Shown: positions 7,835 through 15,918 of the stretch, in pieces | Layout of the letters: each line of letters begins with the position of its first letter | Numbering within the stretch: position 1 is the first letter of the stretch | Assembly (NCBI GenBank): GCA_038257495.1 | Contig: JBBSJF010000002.1 | Coordinates: 159 to 24,158, forward strand | Direction of reading: 5' to 3' | Source: Candidatus Saccharimonadales bacterium | GTDB lineage: Bacteria; Patescibacteriota; Saccharimonadia; Saccharimonadales; JBBSJF01 | Length of the DNA stretch: 24,000 nucleotides | Made by a program: the position numbers and the translations under genes | Notes under the pieces: model-generated | The model's database searches: none | Told to the model about the DNA's origin: nothing | Seen by the model: the letters and a program-made list of their open reading frames with translations, nothing else

Positions 7835-9793
7835 TCATGCTGGCAATCCGTTAAAGAGAGCGTTTATTAATGGAATAATACCAGGGTCACGACAATCCGT
7901 GCCTCCCCCTCTTTGAGGGACCCCTCCTTGTATACACCCGCGATCTAGATGAAGGTGAGGGTAGGTATTTCGTGCACACTGTGTCCTCCCGATCTGAGCG
8001 ATCTGTTGACCGCTCTTTACCTGGTCGCCAGTCTTGACCGTTAACTGACTGACATGAAGAAAAGCATAAATGAAGTTATCTTTACTAGATTTTAATTGAA
8101 TCGTAAAACAACCAGCATTACCGTCGTAGTTGTCGTTTGCGGAAACTATTTGACCATCAGAAATTGCAAATATTGGTGTTCCTACTGGGTTGGTGTGCAC
8201 AGAAATATCAAAAGCAGGTGAACAGCATCCTGCCGGACCTTTGTGGTGGCACCCACCCGTGTTGCCACAGGGTAAGCTCGACATAGCAGTTACCCTCTTA
8301 TGGGCAGCCTGGCTAGCTGGTGAAACCGGGAAGCTATAGCCTTCGGCGTTTACCACCCCACTACTTCCGGAATTATCGCAACCAGCTCCGCCGGTAGAGC
8401 CTGTCGTATCAGCTACGGGACCCGTGGTCGGAGGAGTACCTGTTCCAGAACCAAGTTTTGCCAGCCATGCCTCGGCAAATGCCATTCGCGGAGCAAAATC
8501 TTGACCAACTTCATATTTATCCTGCCATATTGAAACGGCCGATGCGAGGGTGGTCGCGCTTTTAAGAGGATCAAGTGCGCGTGATTTATAGTATGGGCTT
8601 TCTAGCTCGGTCCACATCCAATCAAGCTGAAGACCCAGGTCATAAACAGGCAAGTTCTTTGCTGCAGCTAGATCTATAAGTCCCTGTTTTCTGCCTGGGC
8701 TGGTCCACTGCACGATGCCGTATCCTGGTTGACCATCTTTTCCTACGGGAGGTGGGACGGTGTCGGACTCCCCACCCCAAGATCTACCCCCCCAGTTACC
8801 CTTTTCTACTATTTTTGGATTAAAATTACCTTCAGTTTGTAGATTTCCCATAGCCCCTGCCGCTTGGATTGCGGTAAGACCCTTGCCCGTTAAGTAATTC
8901 CATACTTTAGACGGGTTATCAGAGCCATTTAAGCCAACACCTGTCGTGCATTTACAGCCGTTACTTCCCGCTCCCGATTGTGTTTCTGTATCTGCTGGCT
9001 GCTGATCTATATTTGGCGGAGGGGCGTTGGGGTCTTGGCTAAGTTCGGCGCGTAACTTTTCCATATATTTTTTTCCTGGATCAAGATTTGTTGTAGTTGT
9101 TTCATAATGACCAAATACCCCTTTCCTGGCGCCTATATCTGACGCCGCTGGTATACTGTATTTTGCCATAAGCTCTCTAATCGTTCCTAAAACAGCTTGG
9201 TATTGAACGGCATTACTAAGCAGGTCTTGCTCGGCTGCCGCTACACTGTCGGTAGTTATGCTTTGTATCTCAATTCCGATAGACGCGTTGTTCCAACTTG
9301 GGTCGACAAAGGTCTGTATGGGCTTGGTCTCAAGCGATTCAGAGAGTTGGTGGACCTTCCCTTGCTTGTCTATGGTGAGCTGTACGGCTCTCCCATTGGG
9401 AAAGCCAGTCGCGACTCGACCTCTCAGTATATTTACCAAATCCTGAGGATTCTTATACTCGTAGGCTGTCCAATGCAGAATTACGCCAGTAGGAGTAATC
9501 TTGGGACCCTTAAAGGGATCTTTTACTCCCGGGTCAGGACCTGTTGGTAATAAAGGTCCGGTAGTTGCTGGCGTGGACTCAGGATTTGGCTTGGGTGGCG
9601 TTTCGTCTAGCGATCCACATCCCGAATCAGGATCATAATAAGGAAATTTTTTTATAATAGCCTCGCGCGTATTCTTCGCTGTAACTCCCATAGGGTACAT
9701 GCCCTGTAAGTACATAGAGACGACCAATATGGGCAGCTGAAAAATTAGTAGAATACGGCGTAGCCGCACTGGGTTTAATCGTTTGTACCGCAT
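7835..9793 (-). CDS. Secreted/anchored three-domain peptidoglycan hydrolase (Amidase_2-like + phage-tail-lysozyme-like + M23 peptidase)
   Basis: The track ORF is 7835-9826. I prefer ATG at 9793 (MRYKRLNPVRL...), which has 'gggag' upstream, whereas 9826 has no RBS. A hydrophobic signal/anchor 'ILLIFQLPILVVSMYL' follows. The amidase_2 pattern is 'GVILHWTA...ASIGIEIQS...GHYE...DPG'. The lysozyme-like pattern is 'AAGAMGNLQTEGNFNP...GYGIVQWTSPGRKQGL...LQLDWMWTEL'. The M23 pattern is 'AFDISV...GTPIFAISDGQIV...YAFLHVS...VKTGDQVKSGQQIAQIGRT...PHLHLD'. Confidence 0.9.
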   Translation of the reverse strand: MRYKRLNPVRLRRILLIFQLPILVVSMYLQGMYPMGVTAKNTREAIIKKFPYYDPDSGCGSLDETPPKPNPESTPATTGPLLPTGPDPGVKDPFKGPKITPTGVILHWTAYEYKNPQDLVNILRGRVATGFPNGRAVQLTIDKQGKVHQLSESLETKPIQTFVDPSWNNASIGIEIQSITTDSVAAAEQDLLSNAVQYQAVLGTIRELMAKYSIPAASDIGARKGVFGHYETTTTNLDPGKKYMEKLRAELSQDPNAPPPNIDQQPADTETQSGAGSNGCKCTTGVGLNGSDNPSKVWNYLTGKGLTAIQAAGAMGNLQTEGNFNPKIVEKGNWGGRSWGGESDTVPPPVGKDGQPGYGIVQWTSPGRKQGLIDLAAAKNLPVYDLGLQLDWMWTELESPYYKSRALDPLKSATTLASAVSIWQDKYEVGQDFAPRMAFAEAWLAKLGSGTGTPPTTGPVADTTGSTGGAGCDNSGSSGVVNAEGYSFPVSPASQAAHKRVTAMSSLPCGNTGGCHHKGPAGCCSPAFDISVHTNPVGTPIFAISDGQIVSANDNYDGNAGCFTIQLKSSKDNFIYAFLHVSQLTVKTGDQVKSGQQIAQIGRTQCARNTYPHLHLDRGCIQGGVPQRGGGTDCRDPGIIPLINALFNGLPA

Positions 9794-12700
9794 CGGTTTG
9801 CTCCCGGCAGCGGATCCCAGTGCCATGCTTCATAACTATATTGTTTGATCCCGTACTGCTCTGCATTCTTTAAAAGCCATTCCCATCGTGGGTTACCGGG
9901 GGCACGCATGCGACCTGGCCCACAACTCGTAGTTGAGTTACCCTTGCCTCCGGCATTTGCAAAATCTATAGCAGCCCCAAGCTGGTGGATAGACTGTCCG
10001 GGTCTAGCACAGGAGCTTCCATCTCCGTTACCTCCACAAGAATCGGCTAGTCTAAAGGAGCTAACCGAGGATAGACCAATCCCGTCTTTTTTAGCCTGTG
10101 CGGCAAGTGCCTGCCATGCACCCGATACATTAGAGCTAACGACTGCCCCGCCGGCTTTTTCGACACCGGCAGTATCATTACCTTCACCAGGAATATCCGT
10201 AACTCGACAAAGTTTTAAGACTATAGGTCCAGGCTGTTTTTTATAAGCCCCGGTGTACTTACTAGTAACCTCACCTATGTCAACCGTACCGGCGGCACAA
10301 GGCACGTTAGTGCTACTTTTACCCAGAGTGCTAGGATCGACTTTAGTGCCCACGCTTGGTGTCGTCCCAGCTCCCGAAGTATCACTACTGGCTTGTTCTA
10401 TGGCGGTAAAGTCTTTCTCTAGATCTTTTACTATGTATTCGTCTGGACCAGTATATATTCGATAGCGAAGCGCCGGCTCGGTACTTAGACCCGGACCAGA
10501 ACAATCAGGGTTTTCTCTTGCGATCTTGTCTGTATCGTTTACTTTCTCGCCCGCAAAACATTTTCCATATTTTTCTTCTAGTGGCGCCAGCCCTCCATGA
10601 CTCTCGATCCATAACTCGTTATTCTCTAGTGTGTAAGACTCATCGGTACGCATTTTCTCGATTTCATCAGGCGAATACCCTCGCTGAACCACATCGTAGT
10701 GGTTGATGGGCGAGGTGTTACCAGCTGCGTATACGGCGCCTGAAGTCATGCCTAGCGAAGCAACATTAGAGGCTAGACCTTGAGGGCTAAAGACATTAAC
10801 AGACTTGAATAAGGAATTCTTGAACACACTTCCTATTCCCGTAGAAGTCACTGGTATAGAAGCCGCGACTTGGCTAACGATAGAGTACGGATTACTAGTT
10901 GCGAAGTACCTTTCTTGGAACGGTAGAGCGTCTACTTGGCTCTTGAGATAACCCTTCTCGTATTTATAGACAGCTGCCGATTCCTGGGGAGTGAGCGGCT
11001 TGCCCTTTACGCCTTTTGTAAGATTTTCGGACTGTAATAGTTCTAGCCCAACATGGTTCTTGCCATATTTTTCTGGTCCAGACTCAGGACCCGCATAGTT
11101 AAGGCTACCGAATAAAGCTACGGAGAGCTGTAGGCCAACATCGATTAGTAGAAACCCCCCAAGTGTCGCAAGTCCTGCTTTTGAGAATATTCCTGTTGCG
11201 GCTCCCTGGAGTGTTTTGCCGAGTCCAGTAACGATGGCTCTACCCAAGGCCTGTTCCGCTGCATTACCCGTACCTCCCGATACGACTGCTATTGCAACCT
11301 GAAGTGCCACATCTACGGCGAGTAAGGTTACCTGTCCAGCGGGGCTTAAAATCCCTTCACAAACTTTAGCGTTCGTAGCATCCACCACAGGACCAACGCC
11401 GGGTATTTCGGTGGCTCCCGGTAGCACGAAATTAGTGGGACTGGTTAGTGCCTGGACTATACTAATAAGTGTAGGGTCTAATTTTGGCTTAGTAGCAGGA
11501 ATGTTGTACTCGGCTGGCATAACAATGTTTTCTTTGCCCACTGCACGCTGATAGTCAGGAGACCTGTCTGCCTGGTCCCACAGCCTTCCGTCGGCAATAG
11601 GAGCTGCACCTTTTACCTCTCCAGATCTAATCTGGTCGGCACCAGAAAGGGCGTCGTGTCCCATGCGTTTAGCAGCATCTTGGTTCTTTTCTTCCGATTC
11701 TTCTATTTTGCTCGCGGCATCATTGATCATGCACGCAAGGGTTACGATCTGGGAGCCAATAGAGACTGTATTAGCGGCTGCTTCAAGACCGCCTACTTTA
11801 TTGTTCTTTAACGCATTACGCACAGCTTTCTGTGGATCGTACTTGCCGCCATCTTCTGCGATCGCTTTCTTGGCTTCTTCGGGGATATCATCAAGGGTAT
11901 CATTAAGTCTGGGAGAGGAAGCATCTACGTGCTCCCTGCTCACATTATCTATGAGATCTTGCTTATTTTTAATATCCGCCTCTACTGGTGTTTTGCCTAC
12001 ATAATCCCTACCCTTTTGCCGCCACTTAGACATCTTAATGCCACTTTTTAGCCGGATATTATCAAAGACGGCGTTACGTGCTGCTTTGCCTTCTATTTGT
12101 AAGTTTTTTCCTACTCCTGTCTGCACTTTGTCTGTAAAGATTTTGCGGGCTGTCATCTTTTCCCTTAGCGTTAGGTCCTTAAAAGATTTTCCCTTAAACG
12201 TTTCTTTAGATACATCGTCTATGGCTATCAGTTCTCCGTCTATGCGTAGCCCCTTAAAGTCACCTCCTTTGCGGTTTAGGAAGCCACTTTTTTCCTCGAA
12301 TTCAAACCGTAGTTGGTCGTTGGCACCAAAGTCCCGTAGTTGTTTTTCAATATCTATGCCTCGAAGTCTGTCTCTTAATTTAGTCTTGGGTCTAGGAACG
12401 GTGCCTGGTCCATCTACCAGTGCTGCGTCAAAAAGGTTTTGAGCGGTTCGTTCCCGCAGAATAAAGTGGAACCTGGCAAAGCCAGATCGGAGTAATATCT
12501 CTCCAAAATGTACGGACTTAAAACCGCTCAAGAAAAACAGAAGGAACAGTCCGATAGCCAAGATAGATAATATGCCACCCGCTCCTCCACCGGCTAAAAG
12601 GAGTTTTTTTCTCTTGCTTCTTCCGGACGATGTGCCACTCGCTTTAGAGCGCTTGGGCAAGAAGCCACGAATCTTGGACTGTTCATTTGAGTCATCGGAT

Positions 12701-12930
12701 TCGTCAGGATTATATAGTGATTCGCCTTCCTCTGGGCTTTCGTCTTCGCCACTCTCGGCGTTGTTTAACTGGTCTGCACCTAGCCCATCTTTTTTTAGGG
12801 TTGCGCTTTTCTGGTCATCAATAGCCGAAAACTTATCGCCATACTTGGTATCTAGCTGGCGTTCCAAATCCCCCAGGTGCTGTAGCCGGTCTGTGTCTTT
12901 ATCTGGTTCAATCCCGTTATTTGTGGGCAC
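9775..12930 (-). CDS. Large bitopic/polytopic membrane protein with C-terminal VanY/peptidase M15 (D-Ala-D-Ala carboxypeptidase-like) domain
   Basis: 1051 aa, GTG start with aggag RBS inside the end of virB4. The first ~105 aa are acidic and low-complexity, followed by basic 'KRSKASGTSSGRSKRKK' and TM 'LLLAGGGAGGILSILAIGLFLLFFL' (aa ~109-137). There is a central Gly/Ala-rich hydrophobic block 'VTLLAVDVALQVAIAVVSGG...LATLGGFLLIDVGLQLSVALFG'. The C-terminus 'SSFR...ARPGQSIHQLGAAIDF...WEWLLKNAEQYGIKQYSYEAWHWD' matches the VanY/M15 metal-binding motifs (S.H..G.A.D ... E.WH). Confidence 0.85.
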   Translation of the reverse strand: MPTNNGIEPDKDTDRLQHLGDLERQLDTKYGDKFSAIDDQKSATLKKDGLGADQLNNAESGEDESPEEGESLYNPDESDDSNEQSKIRGFLPKRSKASGTSSGRSKRKKLLLAGGGAGGILSILAIGLFLLFFLSGFKSVHFGEILLRSGFARFHFILRERTAQNLFDAALVDGPGTVPRPKTKLRDRLRGIDIEKQLRDFGANDQLRFEFEEKSGFLNRKGGDFKGLRIDGELIAIDDVSKETFKGKSFKDLTLREKMTARKIFTDKVQTGVGKNLQIEGKAARNAVFDNIRLKSGIKMSKWRQKGRDYVGKTPVEADIKNKQDLIDNVSREHVDASSPRLNDTLDDIPEEAKKAIAEDGGKYDPQKAVRNALKNNKVGGLEAAANTVSIGSQIVTLACMINDAASKIEESEEKNQDAAKRMGHDALSGADQIRSGEVKGAAPIADGRLWDQADRSPDYQRAVGKENIVMPAEYNIPATKPKLDPTLISIVQALTSPTNFVLPGATEIPGVGPVVDATNAKVCEGILSPAGQVTLLAVDVALQVAIAVVSGGTGNAAEQALGRAIVTGLGKTLQGAATGIFSKAGLATLGGFLLIDVGLQLSVALFGSLNYAGPESGPEKYGKNHVGLELLQSENLTKGVKGKPLTPQESAAVYKYEKGYLKSQVDALPFQERYFATSNPYSIVSQVAASIPVTSTGIGSVFKNSLFKSVNVFSPQGLASNVASLGMTSGAVYAAGNTSPINHYDVVQRGYSPDEIEKMRTDESYTLENNELWIESHGGLAPLEEKYGKCFAGEKVNDTDKIARENPDCSGPGLSTEPALRYRIYTGPDEYIVKDLEKDFTAIEQASSDTSGAGTTPSVGTKVDPSTLGKSSTNVPCAAGTVDIGEVTSKYTGAYKKQPGPIVLKLCRVTDIPGEGNDTAGVEKAGGAVVSSNVSGAWQALAAQAKKDGIGLSSVSSFRLADSCGGNGDGSSCARPGQSIHQLGAAIDFANAGGKGNSTTSCGPGRMRAPGNPRWEWLLKNAEQYGIKQYSYEAWHWDPLPGANRCGTND

Positions 12931-12933
12931 CTA

Positions 12934-14829
12934 CTATACTCCTGGAGTTAGTCTATTATTTAGGTCTATTGTACCTTGTCCGGAGTCAATCCTGCCAGTT
13001 TGCTCGAGTTGTTTTATTTGCTCGGGATTGGTGGTGATGAGGCTGGTTTCGGTGGCGCTAGCCGCAATCTGTATGTGCACATGGTTCTGACCAGCAAAGA
13101 ACAAACCTTGTCCTACCGGGAACTGGCTAAGGCGCTTCTTCTCTTCACTGGTAAGTTTAAACACATCTGCCAGTACATCTACGGCACTTGTAGATTGTTT
13201 TAACAATAGTTGCATGGAAGCGTTCGCTACGATTGCCCGCCCCATGCGTGAACCCATAAAGTCTTCCACATCCTGGGTAATAGTGGTTATACCAAGGTTA
13301 TATTTACGGGCACGCTTCGCCAAGCTAAACATAAATTGGGCGGAGTCTTCATATTTCATAAGCTGCCAGGCTTCATCAATAATCAGCAATCGCTTTTTCT
13401 GCTCTGCTTTGGTTTTATTCCATATGTAGTTAAGAACGATATACATAGCCACGGGTCGTAGTTCGTCCTCTAGGTCGCGGATATTAAACACCACCAGTGG
13501 ATTATCAATATTGATATTACTAGGCTGTGAAAAAATGCCCGCGAACGTCCCAGACGTATATTTACGAAGTCTTTGGGCGAGTTGTGGACCTGTGCCCCCC
13601 ATGTGTAGGAGCGAATCATAAAGGTCACTAATGGTTGGTGGCGGCGAAGTATGCGTAAGTGGGTCGTTGGTTATACCCGCTTTCGCGTAGGTTTCGATTA
13701 GTGCAGCGTCTAAGTCGGCTTCTTCTACGGGGCTCAGAACCTGAACCATACCCGCACCGGCTGCCTGTGCGCTCGCGCCTCCCATCATAAGCCTGAGCAG
13801 ACCATGTAAGGTTATAAGATTACTCCGAAGCGCATTGTCTGCTTCGTCCGAATCTACAACACGTGGTATGTCGAATGGATTAATACGGGTGGAGCTGTTT
13901 AGGCTGAGTCGGACATAGGCGCCACCAGCCGCGTCACACATTCGTTGATATTCATTTTCGGGGTCAATAATAAACACTTCTATGCCAAACATCATGCTGC
14001 GCAGGGCTTCTAGCTTCACAGCAAAACTTTTACCGGCACCCGATTTGGCAAAAACTAATGCATTGGCATTCTCTAGGCTAAAACGGTCGAAGATTACCAA
14101 ACCCGAGTTATGCATATTAATACCGTATAGTACGCCGTGATCGTCGCTTAGATCTGCGCTAGTAAATGGAAAACTAGTGCTAAGAGCCCCGGTATTAAAG
14201 TTGCGTCTAATCTGAAGCTGGTCTGTAAACTGAGGCAGTGTGCTATTAAATGCTTGCTCCTGTTGGCTGGTTGCCGGTTTGGAGTAAACTAGTTGCTGTC
14301 CAAGTATTGACTCTACTTTGTGTGATACAAATTCGAGTTCGTCCATGCTAGATCCGTAGAGGGTAAAATATATTCCAAAGCGGAAAAATCGCTCCTCTCC
14401 AACCTGTAGCTTGTCTCGCATTTCTTCCGCGTCCATTATGGCAGCCTGTTTGCCGGGGTCTCGAATCTTGCCTTTTTCGGCGTCAATCTGCAGCCCCGCT
14501 TCTAGCTGCGTAACTTTTTTGCGTAGGTTTTCTAGCACCACCTGGCTTTCTACGGGATAAATAAACATCGACATGTCCATGACCTCGTCGATATTTACCA
14601 TGGGGCTTAGCCAGCCTGTATAAATTTGGCGAGGATATCCATAAATATAATATGTACGCCCGAATCGCGTGCCAAGCTGAAAATGCGTGCTTGATAGTTC
14701 GAGCGAGCTGGGTGCGATAAAGTCTCGCAGTGCAGTAATACCTTTTTGAAAAGCCGCATTAACATCTTGCTGCTCGCGCTCGCGTTGTAACTGCGCTAAT
14801 GCTACTGGGTCTAGCTGTTGCTTAGCCAT
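12934..14829 (-). CDS. virB4: VirB4/TrbE/CagE-family T4SS ATPase (Gram-positive PrgJ/TraE type)
   Basis: Walker A 'FAKSGAGKSF', 'FIIDPENEY', Walker B 'RLLIIDEAWQL', 'ITQDVEDF', and N-domain pattern 'FIAPSSLE....FQLG..FGRTYYIYGYP..IYTGWLSPM'. I place the start at ATG 14829 (MAKQQLDP...), which has a strong aaggagg RBS 5 nt upstream. The track's longer ORF (to 14925) adds 32 unlikely residues that cover a hairpin. Confidence 0.93.
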   Translation of the reverse strand: MAKQQLDPVALAQLQREREQQDVNAAFQKGITALRDFIAPSSLELSSTHFQLGTRFGRTYYIYGYPRQIYTGWLSPMVNIDEVMDMSMFIYPVESQVVLENLRKKVTQLEAGLQIDAEKGKIRDPGKQAAIMDAEEMRDKLQVGEERFFRFGIYFTLYGSSMDELEFVSHKVESILGQQLVYSKPATSQQEQAFNSTLPQFTDQLQIRRNFNTGALSTSFPFTSADLSDDHGVLYGINMHNSGLVIFDRFSLENANALVFAKSGAGKSFAVKLEALRSMMFGIEVFIIDPENEYQRMCDAAGGAYVRLSLNSSTRINPFDIPRVVDSDEADNALRSNLITLHGLLRLMMGGASAQAAGAGMVQVLSPVEEADLDAALIETYAKAGITNDPLTHTSPPPTISDLYDSLLHMGGTGPQLAQRLRKYTSGTFAGIFSQPSNINIDNPLVVFNIRDLEDELRPVAMYIVLNYIWNKTKAEQKKRLLIIDEAWQLMKYEDSAQFMFSLAKRARKYNLGITTITQDVEDFMGSRMGRAIVANASMQLLLKQSTSAVDVLADVFKLTSEEKKRLSQFPVGQGLFFAGQNHVHIQIAASATETSLITTNPEQIKQLEQTGRIDSGQGTIDLNNRLTPGV

Positions 14830-14852
14830 GCGCGCCTCCTTTTGGAGACACA

Positions 14853-14936
14853 GTAGATAGTAGATGGTAGCTGGCATATGGGTCGAAAGGGATCGAAACC
14901 AGGTGCTCCACTCGCCACCTTCCATCTACCATCTGC
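14853..14936 (-). other. Long imperfect inverted repeat (about 22-bp stem) in the 123-nt gap upstream of virB4
   Basis: 14853-14874 'gtagatagtagatggtagctgg' against the reverse complement of 14915-14936 'ccaccttccatctaccatctgc' gives 18/22 matches by hand alignment. The ~40-nt loop contains a direct repeat 'tcgaaa'. On the mRNA the 3' arm ends about 10 nt before the virB4 RBS. Confidence 0.45.
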
Positions 14937-14952
14937 TTTTGTCTTAATGTGC

Positions 14953-15885
14953 TCATAGCAGCTCCCTGTCTAGGTGTGGGGTTGGGGCTTCGCCCTCACC
15001 CTTGGTAACAATCGGTACCGTTAAATCACTAAAGTTCCTAAGTTGTTGGCGCGTAGCAGTATCGGGGTTATAGGCATCGTAGTATAACTCGATAAGCTCT
15101 TGAGTATCTAGGGGCAAGCCCTGCACGCCGCACTGCATAAGACCGCTTAGGACAGACTGTATCCTGTTGCGTAGTTCGTCCTTTGCCTTAAGTAGGTCTC
15201 TCTCGTTGATGGTAACGTGCTGTTCTTTCTGGTTAAAAAGCGCCGTAAAGTTGCCAAAAAAGTTTTTACTAGCTTCTACTGCCGCTCCTGCCGAAACGGA
15301 CTCAGAATAATAAGGAATGATTAGATAGAACCGTTTATCCATAATATTAGTTTGGACCGCTAAGTCACTCACGAACGCTATATAGTCTTCCATTAACAGC
15401 GCCAAAAGCATGTTCTCGTGTTCGCCACGTATTTTATCTAGCTTCTCTATATAAGGGCCGAGGTCTACTTTTTGGGATCTTACCTGAATTTGTATAGGAA
15501 AATAGAGTGAGTTTAAGAAGCCTTGGTACCCACCTTCTACGGCCTCCCGCTCACCAGGGCTCATGAGGTCAAAGTTGATGCTTTTTGCCATTACGACTGC
15601 TCGGAATGAGCCGTCATTCATAATGACGATACCATCACGTACTTCGGCTATCTGTAACGTATTTTGTGTACTGTTTGGGTTAGATTTCGACTTAAGTGCC
15701 GGGTTGGGTGCCGGCGCGGTGCCGGGTTGTTGACCATATACTATCGGAGGAACGCTCTGCGGGTATTGCGGCGGCGGGGCTTGTTGCTGTGGTAGGGTCT
15801 GAGGATAAGCAGGCATAGACCCTTGTTGTTCTGGAGCCGCTTGGTATGGATTAGTTTGGTATGGCTGTTGTGTATTTGGTTCCAT
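14953..15885 (-). CDS. P/Q-rich protein with VirB4-N-terminal-domain-like core (no P-loop); T4SS-like accessory subunit
   Basis: 310 aa. The first ~75 aa are P/Q/Y-rich and low-complexity (PYQTNPYQAAPEQQ...QQQAPPPQYPQ). The core 'IAEVRDGIVIMNDGSFRAVVMAKSINFDLMSPGEREAVEGGYQGFLNSLYFPIQIQVRSQKVDLGPY' and later 'LSGLMQCGVQGLPLDTQELIELYYDAYNP' resemble my recollection of the N-terminal region of Gram-positive VirB4/Orf16-type ATPases. There is no Walker motif. The functional call is inference. Confidence 0.7.
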   Translation of the reverse strand: MEPNTQQPYQTNPYQAAPEQQGSMPAYPQTLPQQQAPPPQYPQSVPPIVYGQQPGTAPAPNPALKSKSNPNSTQNTLQIAEVRDGIVIMNDGSFRAVVMAKSINFDLMSPGEREAVEGGYQGFLNSLYFPIQIQVRSQKVDLGPYIEKLDKIRGEHENMLLALLMEDYIAFVSDLAVQTNIMDKRFYLIIPYYSESVSAGAAVEASKNFFGNFTALFNQKEQHVTINERDLLKAKDELRNRIQSVLSGLMQCGVQGLPLDTQELIELYYDAYNPDTATRQQLRNFSDLTVPIVTKGEGEAPTPHLDRELL

Positions 15886-15918
15886 CTATATAATTACTGT
15901 CCCACCTATGTTCTCTAA

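Noticed and set aside
9794-9826. Longer start (MALGSAAGSKP...) for the three-domain hydrolase
   Set aside because: There is no RBS before 9826, whereas the ATG at 9793 has gggag upstream and still precedes the hydrophobic anchor. This is not fully excluded.
14881-14920. tRNA-like fragment ('ggatcgaaacc' resembling a T-loop, 'cgccacc' resembling an acceptor end)
   Set aside because: No complementary T-stem, acceptor stem or anticodon arm can be drawn on either strand. The sequence sits in the loop of the long inverted repeat.
14830-14925. 32-aa N-terminal extension of the VirB4 ORF (MEGGEWSTWF...)
   Set aside because: The internal ATG at 14829 has a strong aaggagg RBS, and the extension covers the long inverted repeat. 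The extension has no VirB4-like sequence.
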